A DNA stretch of 64,000 nt from Escherichia coli (GTDB lineage Bacteria > Pseudomonadota > Gammaproteobacteria > Enterobacterales > Enterobacteriaceae): NCBI RefSeq assembly GCF_003334315.1, contig NZ_QOWR01000007.1, one strand, 5' to 3'. A model generated the notes under the pieces. It saw nothing but the letters and a program-made list of their open reading frames with translations, had not been told where the DNA came from and made no database searches. This document shows positions 13,122 through 26,258 of this stretch, in pieces. Each line of letters begins with the position of its first letter. Position 1 is the stretch's first letter. A program made the position numbers and the translations under genes.

Positions 13122-13688
13122 ATGGCAACGTACTATAGCAACGATTTTCGTGCTGGTCTTAAAATCATGTTAGACGGCGAACCTTACGCGGTTGAAGCGA
13201 GTGAATTCGTAAAACCGGGTAAAGGCCAGGCATTTGCTCGCGTTAAACTGCGTCGTCTGCTGACCGGTACTCGCGTAGAAAAAACCTTCAAATCTACTGA
13301 TTCCGCTGAAGGCGCTGATGTTGTCGATATGAACCTGACTTACCTGTACAACGACGGTGAGTTCTGGCACTTCATGAACAACGAAACTTTCGAGCAGCTG
13401 TCTGCTGACGCAAAAGCAATTGGCGACAACGCTAAATGGCTGCTGGATCAGGCAGAGTGTATCGTAACTCTGTGGAATGGTCAGCCGATCTCCGTTACTC
13501 CGCCGAACTTCGTTGAACTGGAAATCGTTGATACCGATCCGGGCCTGAAAGGTGATACCGCAGGTACTGGCGGCAAACCGGCTACCCTGTCTACTGGCGC
13601 TGTGGTTAAAGTTCCGCTGTTTGTACAAATCGGCGAAGTCATCAAAGTGGATACCCGCTCTGGTGAATACGTCTCTCGCGTTAAGTAA
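13122..13688 (+). CDS. efp: Elongation factor P (188 aa)
   Basis: [47 protein letters not shown]..., including the modified-lysine loop KPGKGQA. Confidence 0.97.
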
Positions 13689-13739
13689 TGCGGTTGTGGT
13701 GCGGCCTGCAGGCTGCACCATCACTTATTCAGGTCAGAG

Positions 13740-13865
13740 ATGATGAAACGCCTTATCGTTCTTGTTTTGCTTGCCAGCACGCTGCTCACGGGCTGTAACA
13801 CCGCTCGCGGTTTCGGCGAAGACATCAAACATCTCGGCAACTCCATCTCCCGCGCTGCCAGCTAA
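13740..13865 (+). CDS. ecnA: Entericidin A lipoprotein (antidote), 41 aa
   Basis: Hand-translated: [41 protein letters not shown]; lipobox LTGC; below the ORF-track size cutoff. Confidence 0.85.
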   Translation: MMKRLIVLVLLASTLLTGCNTARGFGEDIKHLGNSISRAAS

Positions 13866-13975
13866 TTTTTCTTCTCTTCCGAAAAATCATCAGATTTCCA
13901 TCATTTTTGGTGATGTTGTCTATTATTAATTTGCTATAGGCAAACATAAATAACATTACCTAAAAGGAAGACGTT

Positions 13976-14122
13976 ATGGTGAAGAAGACAATTGCAGCGA
14001 TCTTTTCTGTTCTGGTGCTTTCAACAGTATTAACTGCCTGCAACACCACGCGTGGCGTTGGTGAAGACATTTCTGATGGCGGTAACGCGATTTCTGGCGC
14101 AGCAACGAAAGCGCAGCAATAA
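13976..14122 (+). CDS. ecnB: Entericidin B bacteriolytic lipoprotein, 48 aa
   Basis: Hand-translated: [48 protein letters not shown]; AAGGAAG Shine-Dalgarno 6 nt upstream; paralogous to ecnA. Confidence 0.85.
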
Positions 14123-14234
14123 GCAATAACGGTACGACAGCTGTGTCGTGCCGTTTGTTTTTTCTGTGATAGTCATAAAGGTAATAGTTGAAATTCCCCT
14201 GCCACCTGGCAAAATATCCGTTCAACCATCAGCT

Positions 14235-14279
14235 TTGCAGGACGACCTGCAAACGCCTCTTTTCACCGGGGACGGCCCC
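14235..14279 (+). ncRNA. Guanidine-II riboswitch (mini-ykkC) in the gdx/sugE leader
   Basis: Two GC-stem hairpins each capped by an ACGR tetraloop: GCAGG-ACGA-CCTGC (14237-14250) and GGGG-ACGG-CCCC (14268-14279), 17 nt apart and 19 nt upstream of the gdx start; the defining mini-ykkC architecture. Confidence 0.7.
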
Positions 14280-14297
14280 AATTCTCCGGAGCCTGAT

Positions 14298-14615
14298 ATG
14301 TCCTGGATTATCTTAGTTATTGCTGGTCTGCTGGAAGTGGTATGGGCCGTTGGCCTGAAATATACCCACGGCTTTAGTCGTTTGACGCCGAGTGTTATTA
14401 CTGTGACGGCGATGATTGTCAGTATGGCGCTACTTGCCTGGGCGATGAAATCGTTACCAGTAGGGACGGCTTATGCCGTGTGGACGGGTATTGGCGCAGT
14501 CGGCGCGGCCATCACCGGCATTGTACTGCTCGGTGAGTCCGCTAACCCGATGCGCCTGGCGAGTCTGGCGTTAATCGTATTGGGGATTATTGGTCTGAAA
14601 CTCAGCACTCAATAA
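14298..14615 (+). CDS. gdx: Guanidinium exporter Gdx / SugE, SMR family (105 aa)
   Basis: ORF 14148-14615 trimmed to ATG 14298 ([26 protein letters not shown]...); four-helix SMR protein; the upstream in-frame extension is occupied by the riboswitch. Confidence 0.93.
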   Translation: MSWIILVIAGLLEVVWAVGLKYTHGFSRLTPSVITVTAMIVSMALLAWAMKSLPVGTAYAVWTGIGAVGAAITGIVLLGESANPMRLASLALIVLGIIGLKLSTQ

Positions 14616-15145
14616 CTACCGGGCTGCTGTACCCAAATAAACTTACTGACATCAAACCCTTCCCGGGTCGCGACTGCCAGCATCTCCTGTTTCACTTCGT
14701 CAGAAATGGTTGGCGTGCGGGAGAGTATCCACAGGTAGTCGCGGTCCGGGCCGCAAACCAGCGCATGGCGGTATTCCCGATCGAGTGCAATAACGTTATA
14801 ACCGCCATAGAAAGGACCAAAGAATGACACTTTCAGCGCAGCGCGAGTTGGTGCGCCGGTAAAGTACGCTTTCCCTTCACTCTGCTGCCACATTCCTCTG
14901 TCAGGGTTATAGCCTTTATTAATGACATTCAGGCCGCCGTCATCACGCAGGCTGTATGTTGCGGTGACTTTTTCCAGTCCACGTTCAAAGCGGTGATCAA
15001 AACGGGCAATCTCATACCAGGTACCGAGATAGCGTTTAGCGTCGAAATTATTCACTACGGTCACGCCACGCGGCGGCGTAGGAGAACTGCAGGCAACGAC
15101 CAGAAATGCAGCTGTCGCTGCGGCAACGAGAGGGAGCAGGCGCAT
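14609..15145 (-). CDS. blc: Outer-membrane lipocalin Blc (178 aa)
   Basis: [50 protein letters not shown]..., lipobox VVAC and lipocalin GTWYEIA motif; 3' end overlaps the gdx stop by 7 nt (convergent). Confidence 0.93.
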   Translation of the reverse strand: MRLLPLVAAATAAFLVVACSSPTPPRGVTVVNNFDAKRYLGTWYEIARFDHRFERGLEKVTATYSLRDDGGLNVINKGYNPDRGMWQQSEGKAYFTGAPTRAALKVSFFGPFYGGYNVIALDREYRHALVCGPDRDYLWILSRTPTISDEVKQEMLAVATREGFDVSKFIWVQQPGSY

Positions 15146-15194
15146 AAATGTTTCCTTACTGGTTTTTTTCTAAGTGTAGATGACAGCAAGGAAA

Positions 15195-15222
15195 AGCGCA
15201 GAAAAGGTCCGAAAATTCGGAC
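15195..15222 (-). terminator. ampC terminator hairpin
   Basis: GGTCCGAA / TTCGGACC 8-bp stem (15205-15222) followed on the minus strand by a U-rich run, 12 nt downstream of the ampC stop. Confidence 0.5.
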
Positions 15223-15233
15223 CCGATGAAATT

Positions 15234-16789
<1,556 letters not shown>

Positions 16790-16799
16790 CTCAGGCTCC

Positions 16800-17932
<1,133 letters not shown>

Positions 17933-17940
<8 letters not shown>

Positions 17941-19741
17941 TCGCCTTCTCCTTCTTATTGGCTGCTTCCGCCTTATCGGCTGCATCCGCTTCGCCACCGT
18001 AAACGCGTTTAGCTGGCGGCAGCGTAGTAATCTTCACGTCGCTGTACTCCAGGCGAGTCGTGCCATCAGCATCGCGGAAGGCGAGGGTGTGTTTGAGGAA
18101 GTTGACGTCGTCACGCTCGGTGCAACCTTCGTCCAGACGCTGGTGTGCGCCGCGGGACTCTTTACGTGCCATTGCGGAGTGCGCCATACATTCAGCAACG
18201 TTCAGACCGTGGCCCAGTTCAATGGTGTAGAGCAGGTCGGTGTTGAACACGCTGGAAGTGTCGGTGATGCGCACGCGCTTGAAGCGTTCCTGCAGCTCAG
18301 CCAGCTTGTCGATGGTTTTCTGCATCAGTTCCGGCGTACGGTAGATACCGCAGCCTTCTTCCATTGCCAGGCCCATTTCGTCGCGGATCTTCGCCCAGTT
18401 TTCGCCGCCATCCTGGTTAACCAGATCTTTCAGACGTTGTTCAACGCCAGCTGCCTGCGCTTCAATTGCCGCTTCGTTGCCATTACCGGCAGTTGCTGCA
18501 CGCTCTGTCGCTTGTTCACCGGCCAGACGGCCGAAGACCACCAGTTCCGCCAGGGAGTTGGAGCCCAGACGGTTTGCACCGTGCAGACCAACAGAGGAAC
18601 ATTCACCCACGGCGAACAGACCTTTAATGCGGGTTTCACAGTTCTGATCGGTTTCGATACCGCCCATGGTGTAGTGTGCGGTCGGACGTACCGGAATCGG
18701 TTCTTTAACCGGATCGACGCCAACGTACGCTTTCGCCAGTTCGCAGATGAACGGCAGACGTTCATGCAGTTTTTTCTCGCCGAGGTGACGCAGGTCGAGA
18801 TAAACCACATCACCACGCGGCGTGGAGATGGTGTTGCCTTTACGCCATTCGTGCCAGAAGGCCTGAGAAACTTTGTCGCGTGGACCCAGTTCCATATATT
18901 TGTTTTTCGGCTCGCCCAGCGGAGTTTCCGGGCCCATGCCGTAATCTTGCAGATAACGGTAGCCATTTTTGTTGACCAGAATACCGCCTTCACCACGGCA
19001 GCCTTCGGTCATCAGGATACCGGAACCTGGCAGACCGGTTGGGTGATACTGAACGAATTCCATGTCACGCAGCGGAACGCCGTGGCTTAGCGCCATACCC
19101 ATACCGTCACCGGTAACGATGCCGCCGTTGGTGTTGTAACGATAAACGCGACCCGCACCGCCGGTAGCCATAACGACCGCGTTAGCACGGATCTGCACCA
19201 GCGTGCCTTCCATCATGTTCATTGCTACCAGGCCGCGAACATGACCATCATCAACCAGAATATCCAGCACGAAATGTTCGTCAAAACGCTGGATCTGCGG
19301 GAATTGCAGAGAGGTCTGGAACAGCGTGTGCAGCATATGGAAGCCGGTCTTATCGGCGGCGAACCAGGTACGCTCGATTTTCATGCCGCCGAAGCGACGT
19401 ACGTTGACGCTACCATCCGGGCGACGGCTCCATGGGCATCCCCACAGTTCCAGTTGGGTCATTTCGGTTGGGCAGTGGTGGACGAAATAATCCACGACAT
19501 CCTGCTCACACAACCAGTCGCCACCCGCTACTGTATCGTGAAAGTGATATTCGAAGCTGTCATGATCCTGCGCGACAGCGGCGGAGCCCCCTTCTGCAGC
19601 AACGGTATGGCTACGCATCGGGTATACTTTTGAGATTAGTGCGATTTTTGCATTCGGATTTGCCTGCGCGGCAGCAATTGCAGCACGTAATCCCGCGCCA
19701 CCGGCGCCTACAATGGCAAGATCGGCTTGAAAGGTTTGCAC
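17933..19741 (-). CDS. frdA: Fumarate reductase flavoprotein subunit FrdA (602 aa)
   Basis: GTG-initiated ORF ([26 protein letters not shown]...), FAD-binding GxGxxG fold; 3' end overlaps the frdB start by 8 nt. Confidence 0.97.
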
Positions 19742-19873
19742 GACATTCCTCCAGATTGTTTTTATCCCACAGCCACGTACTTCAGGGTAAGTACCTGAAA
19801 GTTACGGTCTGCGAACGCTATTCCACTGCTCCTTTATAGGTACAACAGTATAGTCTGATGGATAAGTCTGAAA

Positions 19874-19888
19874 TTTGACGAGATCGAT
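19874..19888 (-). promoter_or_regulatory. FNR-like site in the frdA promoter region
   Basis: Minus-strand ATCGATCTCGTCAAA resembles the FNR half-sites TTGAT-N4-ATCAA and lies about 140 bp upstream of the frdA start, where an FNR class II site is expected for this anaerobic operon; exact register uncertain. Confidence 0.35.
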
Positions 19889-20065
19889 TTTTTTAGTGCG
19901 CAAGAGGGCTAAATTATCACTGAAGATGATTAATTTAATTACTAAACCATCAGATCGTGCTTTTTTTAGCCACTGCCCACCGCTGTTTGATTCCTGCGTA
20001 AAATTTGTCTCGCCGTCGCGTTGCGAGTAGACTTCGTGCCCTTGTCAAAAACTGGAGATTTAACT

Positions 20066-21043
20066 ATGAGCGAAACGGCATCCTGGCAGCCGAGCGCATC
20101 CATTCCTAACTTATTAAAACGCGCGGCGATTATGGCGGAGATCCGTCGTTTCTTTGCCGATCGTGGAGTGCTGGAGGTGGAGACGCCTTGTATGAGCCAG
20201 GCGACGGTAACCGATATTCATTTGGTCCCGTTTGAGACACGTTTCGTTGGCCCCGGGCATTCGCAGGGGATGAATCTCTGGTTAATGACCAGCCCGGAAT
20301 ACCATATGAAACGCCTGCTGGTTGCCGGTTGTGGGCCGGTATTCCAGCTGTGCCGCAGCTTCCGTAATGAAGAGATGGGGCGTTATCACAACCCTGAGTT
20401 CACTATGCTGGAGTGGTATCGACCGCACTATGATATGTACCGGTTGATGAACGAGGTGGACGATCTCTTACAACAGGTGCTGGACTGCCCGGCAGCAGAA
20501 AGCCTTTCTTATCAACAAGCTTTCTTGCGTTATCTGGAAATTGACCCGCTCTCTGCCGACAAAACGCAACTGCGGGAAGTCGCAGCGAAACTGGATTTGA
20601 GCAATGTTGCTGATACCGAAGAAGACCGCGACACGCTGCTACAATTGCTGTTTACCTTTGGCGTAGAGCCAAATATTGGCAAAGAAAAACCGACCTTTGT
20701 GTACCACTTTCCAGCCAGCCAGGCATCACTGGCGCAAATCAGTACCGAAGATCATCGGGTCGCTGAACGCTTTGAGGTTTATTATAAAGGTATTGAGCTG
20801 GCGAATGGTTTCCATGAATTGACGGATGCCCGTGAGCAGCAACAACGCTTTGAACAAGATAACCGTAAGCGCGCGGCGCGCGGTTTGCCGCAGCACCCCA
20901 TTGACCAGAATCTGATTGAAGCCTTGAAAGTCGGTATGCCTGACTGTTCCGGCGTGGCATTAGGTGTTGATCGTCTGGTGATGTTGGCGCTGGGCGCGGA
21001 GACACTGGCTGAAGTCATCGCCTTTAGCGTTGACCGGGCATAA
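20066..21043 (+). CDS. epmA: EF-P lysine beta-lysyltransferase EpmA (PoxA/GenX), class II LysRS paralog (325 aa)
   Basis: ORF 20021-21043 trimmed to ATG 20066 ([30 protein letters not shown]...); class II aminoacyl-tRNA synthetase catalytic-core motifs without an anticodon-binding domain. Confidence 0.93.
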   Translation: MSETASWQPSASIPNLLKRAAIMAEIRRFFADRGVLEVETPCMSQATVTDIHLVPFETRFVGPGHSQGMNLWLMTSPEYHMKRLLVAGCGPVFQLCRSFRNEEMGRYHNPEFTMLEWYRPHYDMYRLMNEVDDLLQQVLDCPAAESLSYQQAFLRYLEIDPLSADKTQLREVAAKLDLSNVADTEEDRDTLLQLLFTFGVEPNIGKEKPTFVYHFPASQASLAQISTEDHRVAERFEVYYKGIELANGFHELTDAREQQQRFEQDNRKRAARGLPQHPIDQNLIEALKVGMPDCSGVALGVDRLVMLALGAETLAEVIAFSVDRA

Positions 21044-21071
21044 TTCTGAAAAATTACTGAATTAACAGCGA

Positions 21072-21096
21072 AGAATGGCGTGATAAGCGCCATTCT
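21072..21096 (+). terminator. Hairpin downstream of epmA
   Basis: AGAATGGCG / CGCCATTCT 9-bp stem with 7-nt loop, followed by a moderately T-rich stretch. Confidence 0.45.
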
Positions 21097-21261
21097 GTAG
21101 CATATGTTTTCATTTTTCCGTTAAAGGCCACAATTTAAGACTGGATATTTGATATCATCCAGGTATCAATTCTGTATTGGTTTTTACGCTGCCTGCTCAA
21201 TGTTGCGCAGTGCAGTTCAGTGGGCACGTGTTATACACGCGCTGAAATGAAGGATGGTTTC

Positions 21262-22764
21262 ATGCCTCACACGATAAAAAAGATGAGTCTGATAGGACTC
21301 ATATTGATGATCTTTACTTCCGTATTTGGATTTGCCAATAGCCCATCGGCTTATTACTTAATGGGTTATAGTGCGATTCCCTTTTATATATTTTCTGCAT
21401 TGTTATTCTTTATTCCATTCGCCTTAATGATGGCTGAAATGGGAGCTGCTTATCGCAAAGAAGAAGGCGGTATCTATTCCTGGATGAATAATAGTGTCGG
21501 ACCACGTTTTGCCTTCATTGGTACGTTTATGTGGTTTTCCTCTTATATCATCTGGATGGTGAGTACCTCCGCGAAAGTTTGGGTACCGTTCTCAACATTC
21601 CTCTATGGTAGCGACATGACCCAGCACTGGCGTATTGCCGGACTGGAGCCTACGCAGGTGGTTGGTCTGCTGGCTGTGGCATGGATGATTCTGGTCACCG
21701 TCGTTGCTTCTAAGGGGATTAATAAAATTGCCCGCATTACTGCGGTGGGCGGTATTGCAGTAATGTGTCTGAATTTAGTATTGCTGTTAGTAAGCATTAC
21801 TATTTTGTTATTAAATGGTGGGCATTTCGCGCAGGATATTAATTTCCTTGCATCACCGAACCCGGGTTATCAGTCCGGTCTGGCAATGCTATCGTTTGTG
21901 GTATTTGCCATTTTTGCCTATGGCGGAATTGAAGCGGTTGGTGGTCTGGTCGATAAAACGGAAAATCCAGAAAAGAACTTTGCCAAAGGTATTGTTTTTG
22001 CCGCTATTGTTATTTCAATCGGTTATTCGCTGGCAATATTTTTATGGGGCGTCAGCACAAACTGGCAGCAGGTATTAAGTAATGGTTCCGTTAACCTCGG
22101 CAATATTACCTATGTGCTGATGAAGAGCCTCGGGGTGACGCTGGGTAACGCACTGCATTTGTCACCTGAAGCGTCATTGTCGCTGGGCGTATGGTTTGCG
22201 CGTATTACCGGACTTTCGATGTTCCTCGCCTATACCGGTGCGTTCTTTACGCTTTGCTATTCACCGCTGAAAGCCATCATCCAGGGGACGCCGAAAGCGT
22301 TGTGGCCGGAACCGATGACGCGCCTGAATGCGATGGGGATGCCGTCTATCGCCATGTGGATGCAGTGCGGGTTGGTTACTGTCTTCATCCTGCTGGTTTC
22401 GTTTGGTGGCGGTACCGCATCGGCGTTCTTTAACAAGCTGACGCTGATGGCGAACGTGTCTATGACGCTTCCTTACCTGTTCCTCGCGCTGGCTTTCCCA
22501 TTCTTTAAAGCACGTCAGGATCTCGACAGACCATTTGTGATTTTCAAAACGCGTATGTCGGCAATGATTGCGACGGTGGTTGTCGTACTGGTGGTGACAT
22601 TTGCGAACGTCTTCACCATTATTCAGCCTGTGGTTGAAGCCGGAGACTGGGACAGCACATTGTGGATGATTGGCGGCCCTGTCTTCTTCTCGCTGTTAGC
22701 GATGGCGATTTACCAGAACTATTGCAGTCGCATGGCGAATAAACCTGAGTTAGCTCTCGACTGA
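21262..22764 (+). CDS. yjeM: APC-superfamily inner-membrane transporter YjeM (500 aa)
   Basis: ORF 21220-22764 trimmed to ATG 21262 (MPHTIKKMSLIGLILMIFTSVFGF...); polytopic. Confidence 0.88.
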   Translation: MPHTIKKMSLIGLILMIFTSVFGFANSPSAYYLMGYSAIPFYIFSALLFFIPFALMMAEMGAAYRKEEGGIYSWMNNSVGPRFAFIGTFMWFSSYIIWMVSTSAKVWVPFSTFLYGSDMTQHWRIAGLEPTQVVGLLAVAWMILVTVVASKGINKIARITAVGGIAVMCLNLVLLLVSITILLLNGGHFAQDINFLASPNPGYQSGLAMLSFVVFAIFAYGGIEAVGGLVDKTENPEKNFAKGIVFAAIVISIGYSLAIFLWGVSTNWQQVLSNGSVNLGNITYVLMKSLGVTLGNALHLSPEASLSLGVWFARITGLSMFLAYTGAFFTLCYSPLKAIIQGTPKALWPEPMTRLNAMGMPSIAMWMQCGLVTVFILLVSFGGGTASAFFNKLTLMANVSMTLPYLFLALAFPFFKARQDLDRPFVIFKTRMSAMIATVVVVLVVTFANVFTIIQPVVEAGDWDSTLWMIGGPVFFSLLAMAIYQNYCSRMANKPELALD

Positions 22765-22779
22765 TCATATGAAATCCTG

Positions 22780-22808
22780 CAACTCATCGTCTCTCCGGCG
22801 ATGAGTTG
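22780..22808. terminator. Strong hairpin between convergent yjeM and mscM
   Basis: Perfect 10-bp stem CAACTCATCG / CGATGAGTTG with 9-nt loop, 16 nt after the yjeM stop; no clear U-tract on either side. Confidence 0.45.
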
Positions 22809-22913
22809 TCAGGAAGTAATGCGTATGGATGATACTCTCAGGGCCGGTGATAACTGAAGATGATGTTAAGCTGCTAAATGAGCCACGTTGACATCATTTG
22901 GCAGCTTCATGCA

Positions 22914-25900
22914 TTACAAACTTCCCGCCTGACGACCTTTGCCCGCAGACGTCAGCGTTCTCCCCGTTTGTTTACCGTTGAGGCTTTCCAGACGCATCTG
23001 GAAGGGCGGGAATGGCATATCGATACCGTGGGCATGGAAGCCAGCCAGAATCAGCTGGTGGATCTCATGGCGTAGCGGCATACGGTGACCCATCTCAGCG
23101 GCATAAATACGCAGCTCGAAAATCTGAATCCCTTGTTGCAGATCCACCAGGAAGACTTCCGGTGCCGGGTTGTCGATCACCAGCGAGCAGCGACGCGCTG
23201 CGGTGAGCAGGATTTCCGTCACTTCTTCACTGTTGGCATCAGCAGGGGCCGGAATCGTCAACACTACGCGCGTGACCGAGTCAGAGAGCGACCAGTTGAT
23301 AAACTGCTCGGTAATAAACGCCTTGTTCGGCACGATTATCTCTTTACGGTCCCAGTCGCTGATGGTGGTGGCGCGGGTGTTAATTTTTGTCACGCTACCA
23401 GTAAGATCGCGGATCGTTACCGTATCGCCAATGCGAATCGGTTTTTCGAACAGGATGATCAGGCCAGAGATAAAGTTGGCGAAAATTTCCTGCAAACCAA
23501 AACCGAGACCAACACCGAGCGCGGCAACCAGCCACTGCAATTTCGACCACTCAATACCAATCATTGAGAAGCCGACCAGCCCGCCAATCAGCATCAGCAG
23601 ATATTTTGTGATGGTGGTGATGGCGTAACCCGTACCCGGCGTTAAATCCAGGTGCTGCAAAATCGCCAGTTCCAGCAGCGCGGGCAGGTTGCGCACCAGC
23701 TGCGTGGTGATGATAAATACCAGAATGGCAATCAGCACCGCACCGAGGGTAATTGGCTCCAGACTTTCTACGCCCTGTACCGTGGAGGTGACATCCCACA
23801 GCGAAATATTTTCGAGGAAGCCGAAAGCGGAATGGATTTCTGACCACAGCACAATGACCGAAAGCAGGGCGATCAACATCAAAATTGAGCGCACCAGCCG
23901 CAAGGATTGCGCACTGATGGCATCGAGATCGACTTCGCTTTCATCGACTTCAATTGCTCCTTCCGGGCTACTGTGATGATGCGCTTCCTCTTCGCCACGC
24001 GCACGTTGCGCTAACATCTCTGCCCGGCGATGCTTCGCCCGGTCAAACGCCAGCCTGCGGCGCTGGATCAGCATCCAGCGGCGGATAACGTGATAAACCA
24101 CCAGTAGCAGGAACCAGATGGCAACCGAGGTTTCAAGCCTCGCTAACAGCGCCTGTGCCGTTGCCAGATAACCCACAGCCGACGCCAGAATGGCAACCAA
24201 CGGCGCGCCAATCATCATGTTCCACAGCATATGGTTGGTAATGTTGTCGCCGCTGCCCTCTTTGTTGAGATACAGTGGGATCCCGGCCTTTTTCAGGCTG
24301 AGGGTGACCACCGCCAGCGCACCGCAAATGAGGATAAAGCAAAGCCGTCCCAGCGAACCGGAGAATTCACGGTCGTCGAGGTTATCGAACATCATCAGCG
24401 CCATAATCAGCGGCACAATAAGCCCGATGCTCATCAGGTAGTAGCGCATCCCACGGGAAACACGTTCGCGCGGCCAGCCAAAATGAGCGATAAACAAGCC
24501 GTTCGGGCGGGCAAAGGTGGCGCAAATCATCACTACCCACAGCAGCGGCACGGTGGCCGTTACGCCATCGCCAATCGCGACCGCCAGCGGATAAGGCCAC
24601 GCCTCGCGCAAGCCGTAACCCAGCGTCATCCACAGCACCGGCAGCGGTGACGCGACGAGAATCGACCAGAAAAGAGTGCGCAACGTCAGCCAGAAGTGAT
24701 CCTGAGTCACTTTGCCGACTTTCGCCGCCGAACGTTCAAGAAAACGGGTGAAATAGCGGCGCGAGTAAATACTGCAACCGACCAGAATCAACGCGCCAAA
24801 CAGCGGCAAAATTGTCTCTTTGCTGGTCAGCATCATCACACTGGCTTTGCCCAACTGACTGAAGGTGTCCAGCGAAATGAGACGACGCAGATCCTGGGCG
24901 ATTTCCAGCGGCCAGGCGATGGTCATCGGGCGCACGTCAGAGGTCCAGAACAGATAGCGGTGCGTTGCTTCGTTCACCTCTTTCAGCGCATCCTCCAGTT
25001 GCCCGTTGGAGACTTTCAGCTTGGTCAGTTCCAATAGTAGCGTGTCGCCACCCTGCAACAATGAGTTCAGCAACTCACGCTGAGTGCGTAGTTGTGCTTC
25101 CAGAATACGGTTTTGCTCGGCGGTCAGCGGCTGACCGTCGGCCTGATGAATTTGCCGTAGCAGCAGCTGTTTATTAAGCAGATCCTCATAACGTAACCGT
25201 TGCACACGCAACTGCGCCATTTCGGTATCAAGCTGTTGTGGTTTCGGCATTTCCGGCAGCCGTGCCACCTGCGCCCGCAACGCTTCGCCGAGCAGGTTGG
25301 ACGATCCCAGCCATTGCGACTGTTCACGCAGCGTATTCAGCGCCTGCCGAACCTGTAACGTCTGGCTGGTGGCCTGGCGCTGTTGCGAGGCAACGAGATC
25401 CATCCGCTGCGCCTGTTGATTCAGTGCCGCCGATAGTTCGCGGTTAATTTTGAATTGCGCGACGATGTCTTTCGGCAAATCGGCGCTGTTTTCTGCCAGC
25501 AATTCGGTACTTTCCAGCGCCCGCTCCGCCTCAAGCTGACGTTGGCTGTTCAACTGATTACGTAAGGCCTGCAAATACGCATCCAGTTGCTGGCTCTCTT
25601 TTTCCGCCAGCTCTGAGCGTAAGCGCGCTAATTCCTGACGGTTATTGGCAGACAGCTGCGCCAGTTCCAGTTCATCAACGAGCGCTTTCAGGCGTGCGGA
25701 GTCAGACTGCAACGCGAAATTTTGTGCCTGATTGAGCGGAGTATTGCCGGTAAGCGTTCCCAGGCGGCGCTCGATCTCATTTAACTGACGGCGGGCGTCG
25801 GTTTGCTGTTGCGGCAGTTGATTCAGCGAATCGGCAATCTCGCGGGCGCGCTCCTGCTCTTGCTGGGCCTGACGGCTTTTATCCAGCAACTGGCTGCTGA

Positions 25901-26237
25901 CCTGGAGAATTTCCTGATTCAGCGCGTCGGTAGACATTCCCGGCGACACGCTGCGCGGCTCGTCACGCATGTTGTTTAATTGTGCGCGCAGAGTAGCGGA
26001 GAGTTTCGGATAATTATCGATAACTTGCTGATATTGTTTGATGCGCTCAAGGGAACCTTTTCGTTCCTCAAGCGCATTTAAGGCAGACTGGAGCGCCTCT
26101 ACGACTTCCGGCTGTGCGGGTTTCGCCGCTTTTGCCTGCTCCAGTTCCTGAGTGATTTGTTTGCTATCGGGGGCCGTCGCGGCGTACGCCCCCCAACTGA
26201 GGCACCAGGCCATCAGAAAAGTGATAATCAGGCGCAC
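22914..26237 (-). CDS. mscM: Mini-conductance mechanosensitive channel MscM (YjeP), MscK/MscS family (1107 aa)
   Basis: Full-length ORF: signal peptide, long glutamine-rich coiled-coil periplasmic domain, multi-helix membrane region and C-terminal MscS-like channel domain. Confidence 0.93.
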   Translation of the reverse strand: MRLIITFLMAWCLSWGAYAATAPDSKQITQELEQAKAAKPAQPEVVEALQSALNALEERKGSLERIKQYQQVIDNYPKLSATLRAQLNNMRDEPRSVSPGMSTDALNQEILQVSSQLLDKSRQAQQEQERAREIADSLNQLPQQQTDARRQLNEIERRLGTLTGNTPLNQAQNFALQSDSARLKALVDELELAQLSANNRQELARLRSELAEKESQQLDAYLQALRNQLNSQRQLEAERALESTELLAENSADLPKDIVAQFKINRELSAALNQQAQRMDLVASQQRQATSQTLQVRQALNTLREQSQWLGSSNLLGEALRAQVARLPEMPKPQQLDTEMAQLRVQRLRYEDLLNKQLLLRQIHQADGQPLTAEQNRILEAQLRTQRELLNSLLQGGDTLLLELTKLKVSNGQLEDALKEVNEATHRYLFWTSDVRPMTIAWPLEIAQDLRRLISLDTFSQLGKASVMMLTSKETILPLFGALILVGCSIYSRRYFTRFLERSAAKVGKVTQDHFWLTLRTLFWSILVASPLPVLWMTLGYGLREAWPYPLAVAIGDGVTATVPLLWVVMICATFARPNGLFIAHFGWPRERVSRGMRYYLMSIGLIVPLIMALMMFDNLDDREFSGSLGRLCFILICGALAVVTLSLKKAGIPLYLNKEGSGDNITNHMLWNMMIGAPLVAILASAVGYLATAQALLARLETSVAIWFLLLVVYHVIRRWMLIQRRRLAFDRAKHRRAEMLAQRARGEEEAHHHSSPEGAIEVDESEVDLDAISAQSLRLVRSILMLIALLSVIVLWSEIHSAFGFLENISLWDVTSTVQGVESLEPITLGAVLIAILVFIITTQLVRNLPALLELAILQHLDLTPGTGYAITTITKYLLMLIGGLVGFSMIGIEWSKLQWLVAALGVGLGFGLQEIFANFISGLIILFEKPIRIGDTVTIRDLTGSVTKINTRATTISDWDRKEIIVPNKAFITEQFINWSLSDSVTRVVLTIPAPADANSEEVTEILLTAARRCSLVIDNPAPEVFLVDLQQGIQIFELRIYAAEMGHRMPLRHEIHQLILAGFHAHGIDMPFPPFQMRLESLNGKQTGRTLTSAGKGRQAGSL

Positions 26238-26258
26238 GTCAGCGTTTCCTTTGATGGA

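Noticed and set aside
14148-14297. N-terminal extension of gdx suggested by the ORF track (155 aa)
   Set aside because: The extension covers the guanidine-II riboswitch and an upstream stop-free stretch; the SMR protein begins at ATG 14298 and gives the expected four-helix 105-aa product.
18089-19090. 333-aa plus-strand ORF and other ORFs inside the frd operon
   Set aside because: Antisense to frdA; all four frd genes are intact and tightly packed, leaving no room for an independent gene.
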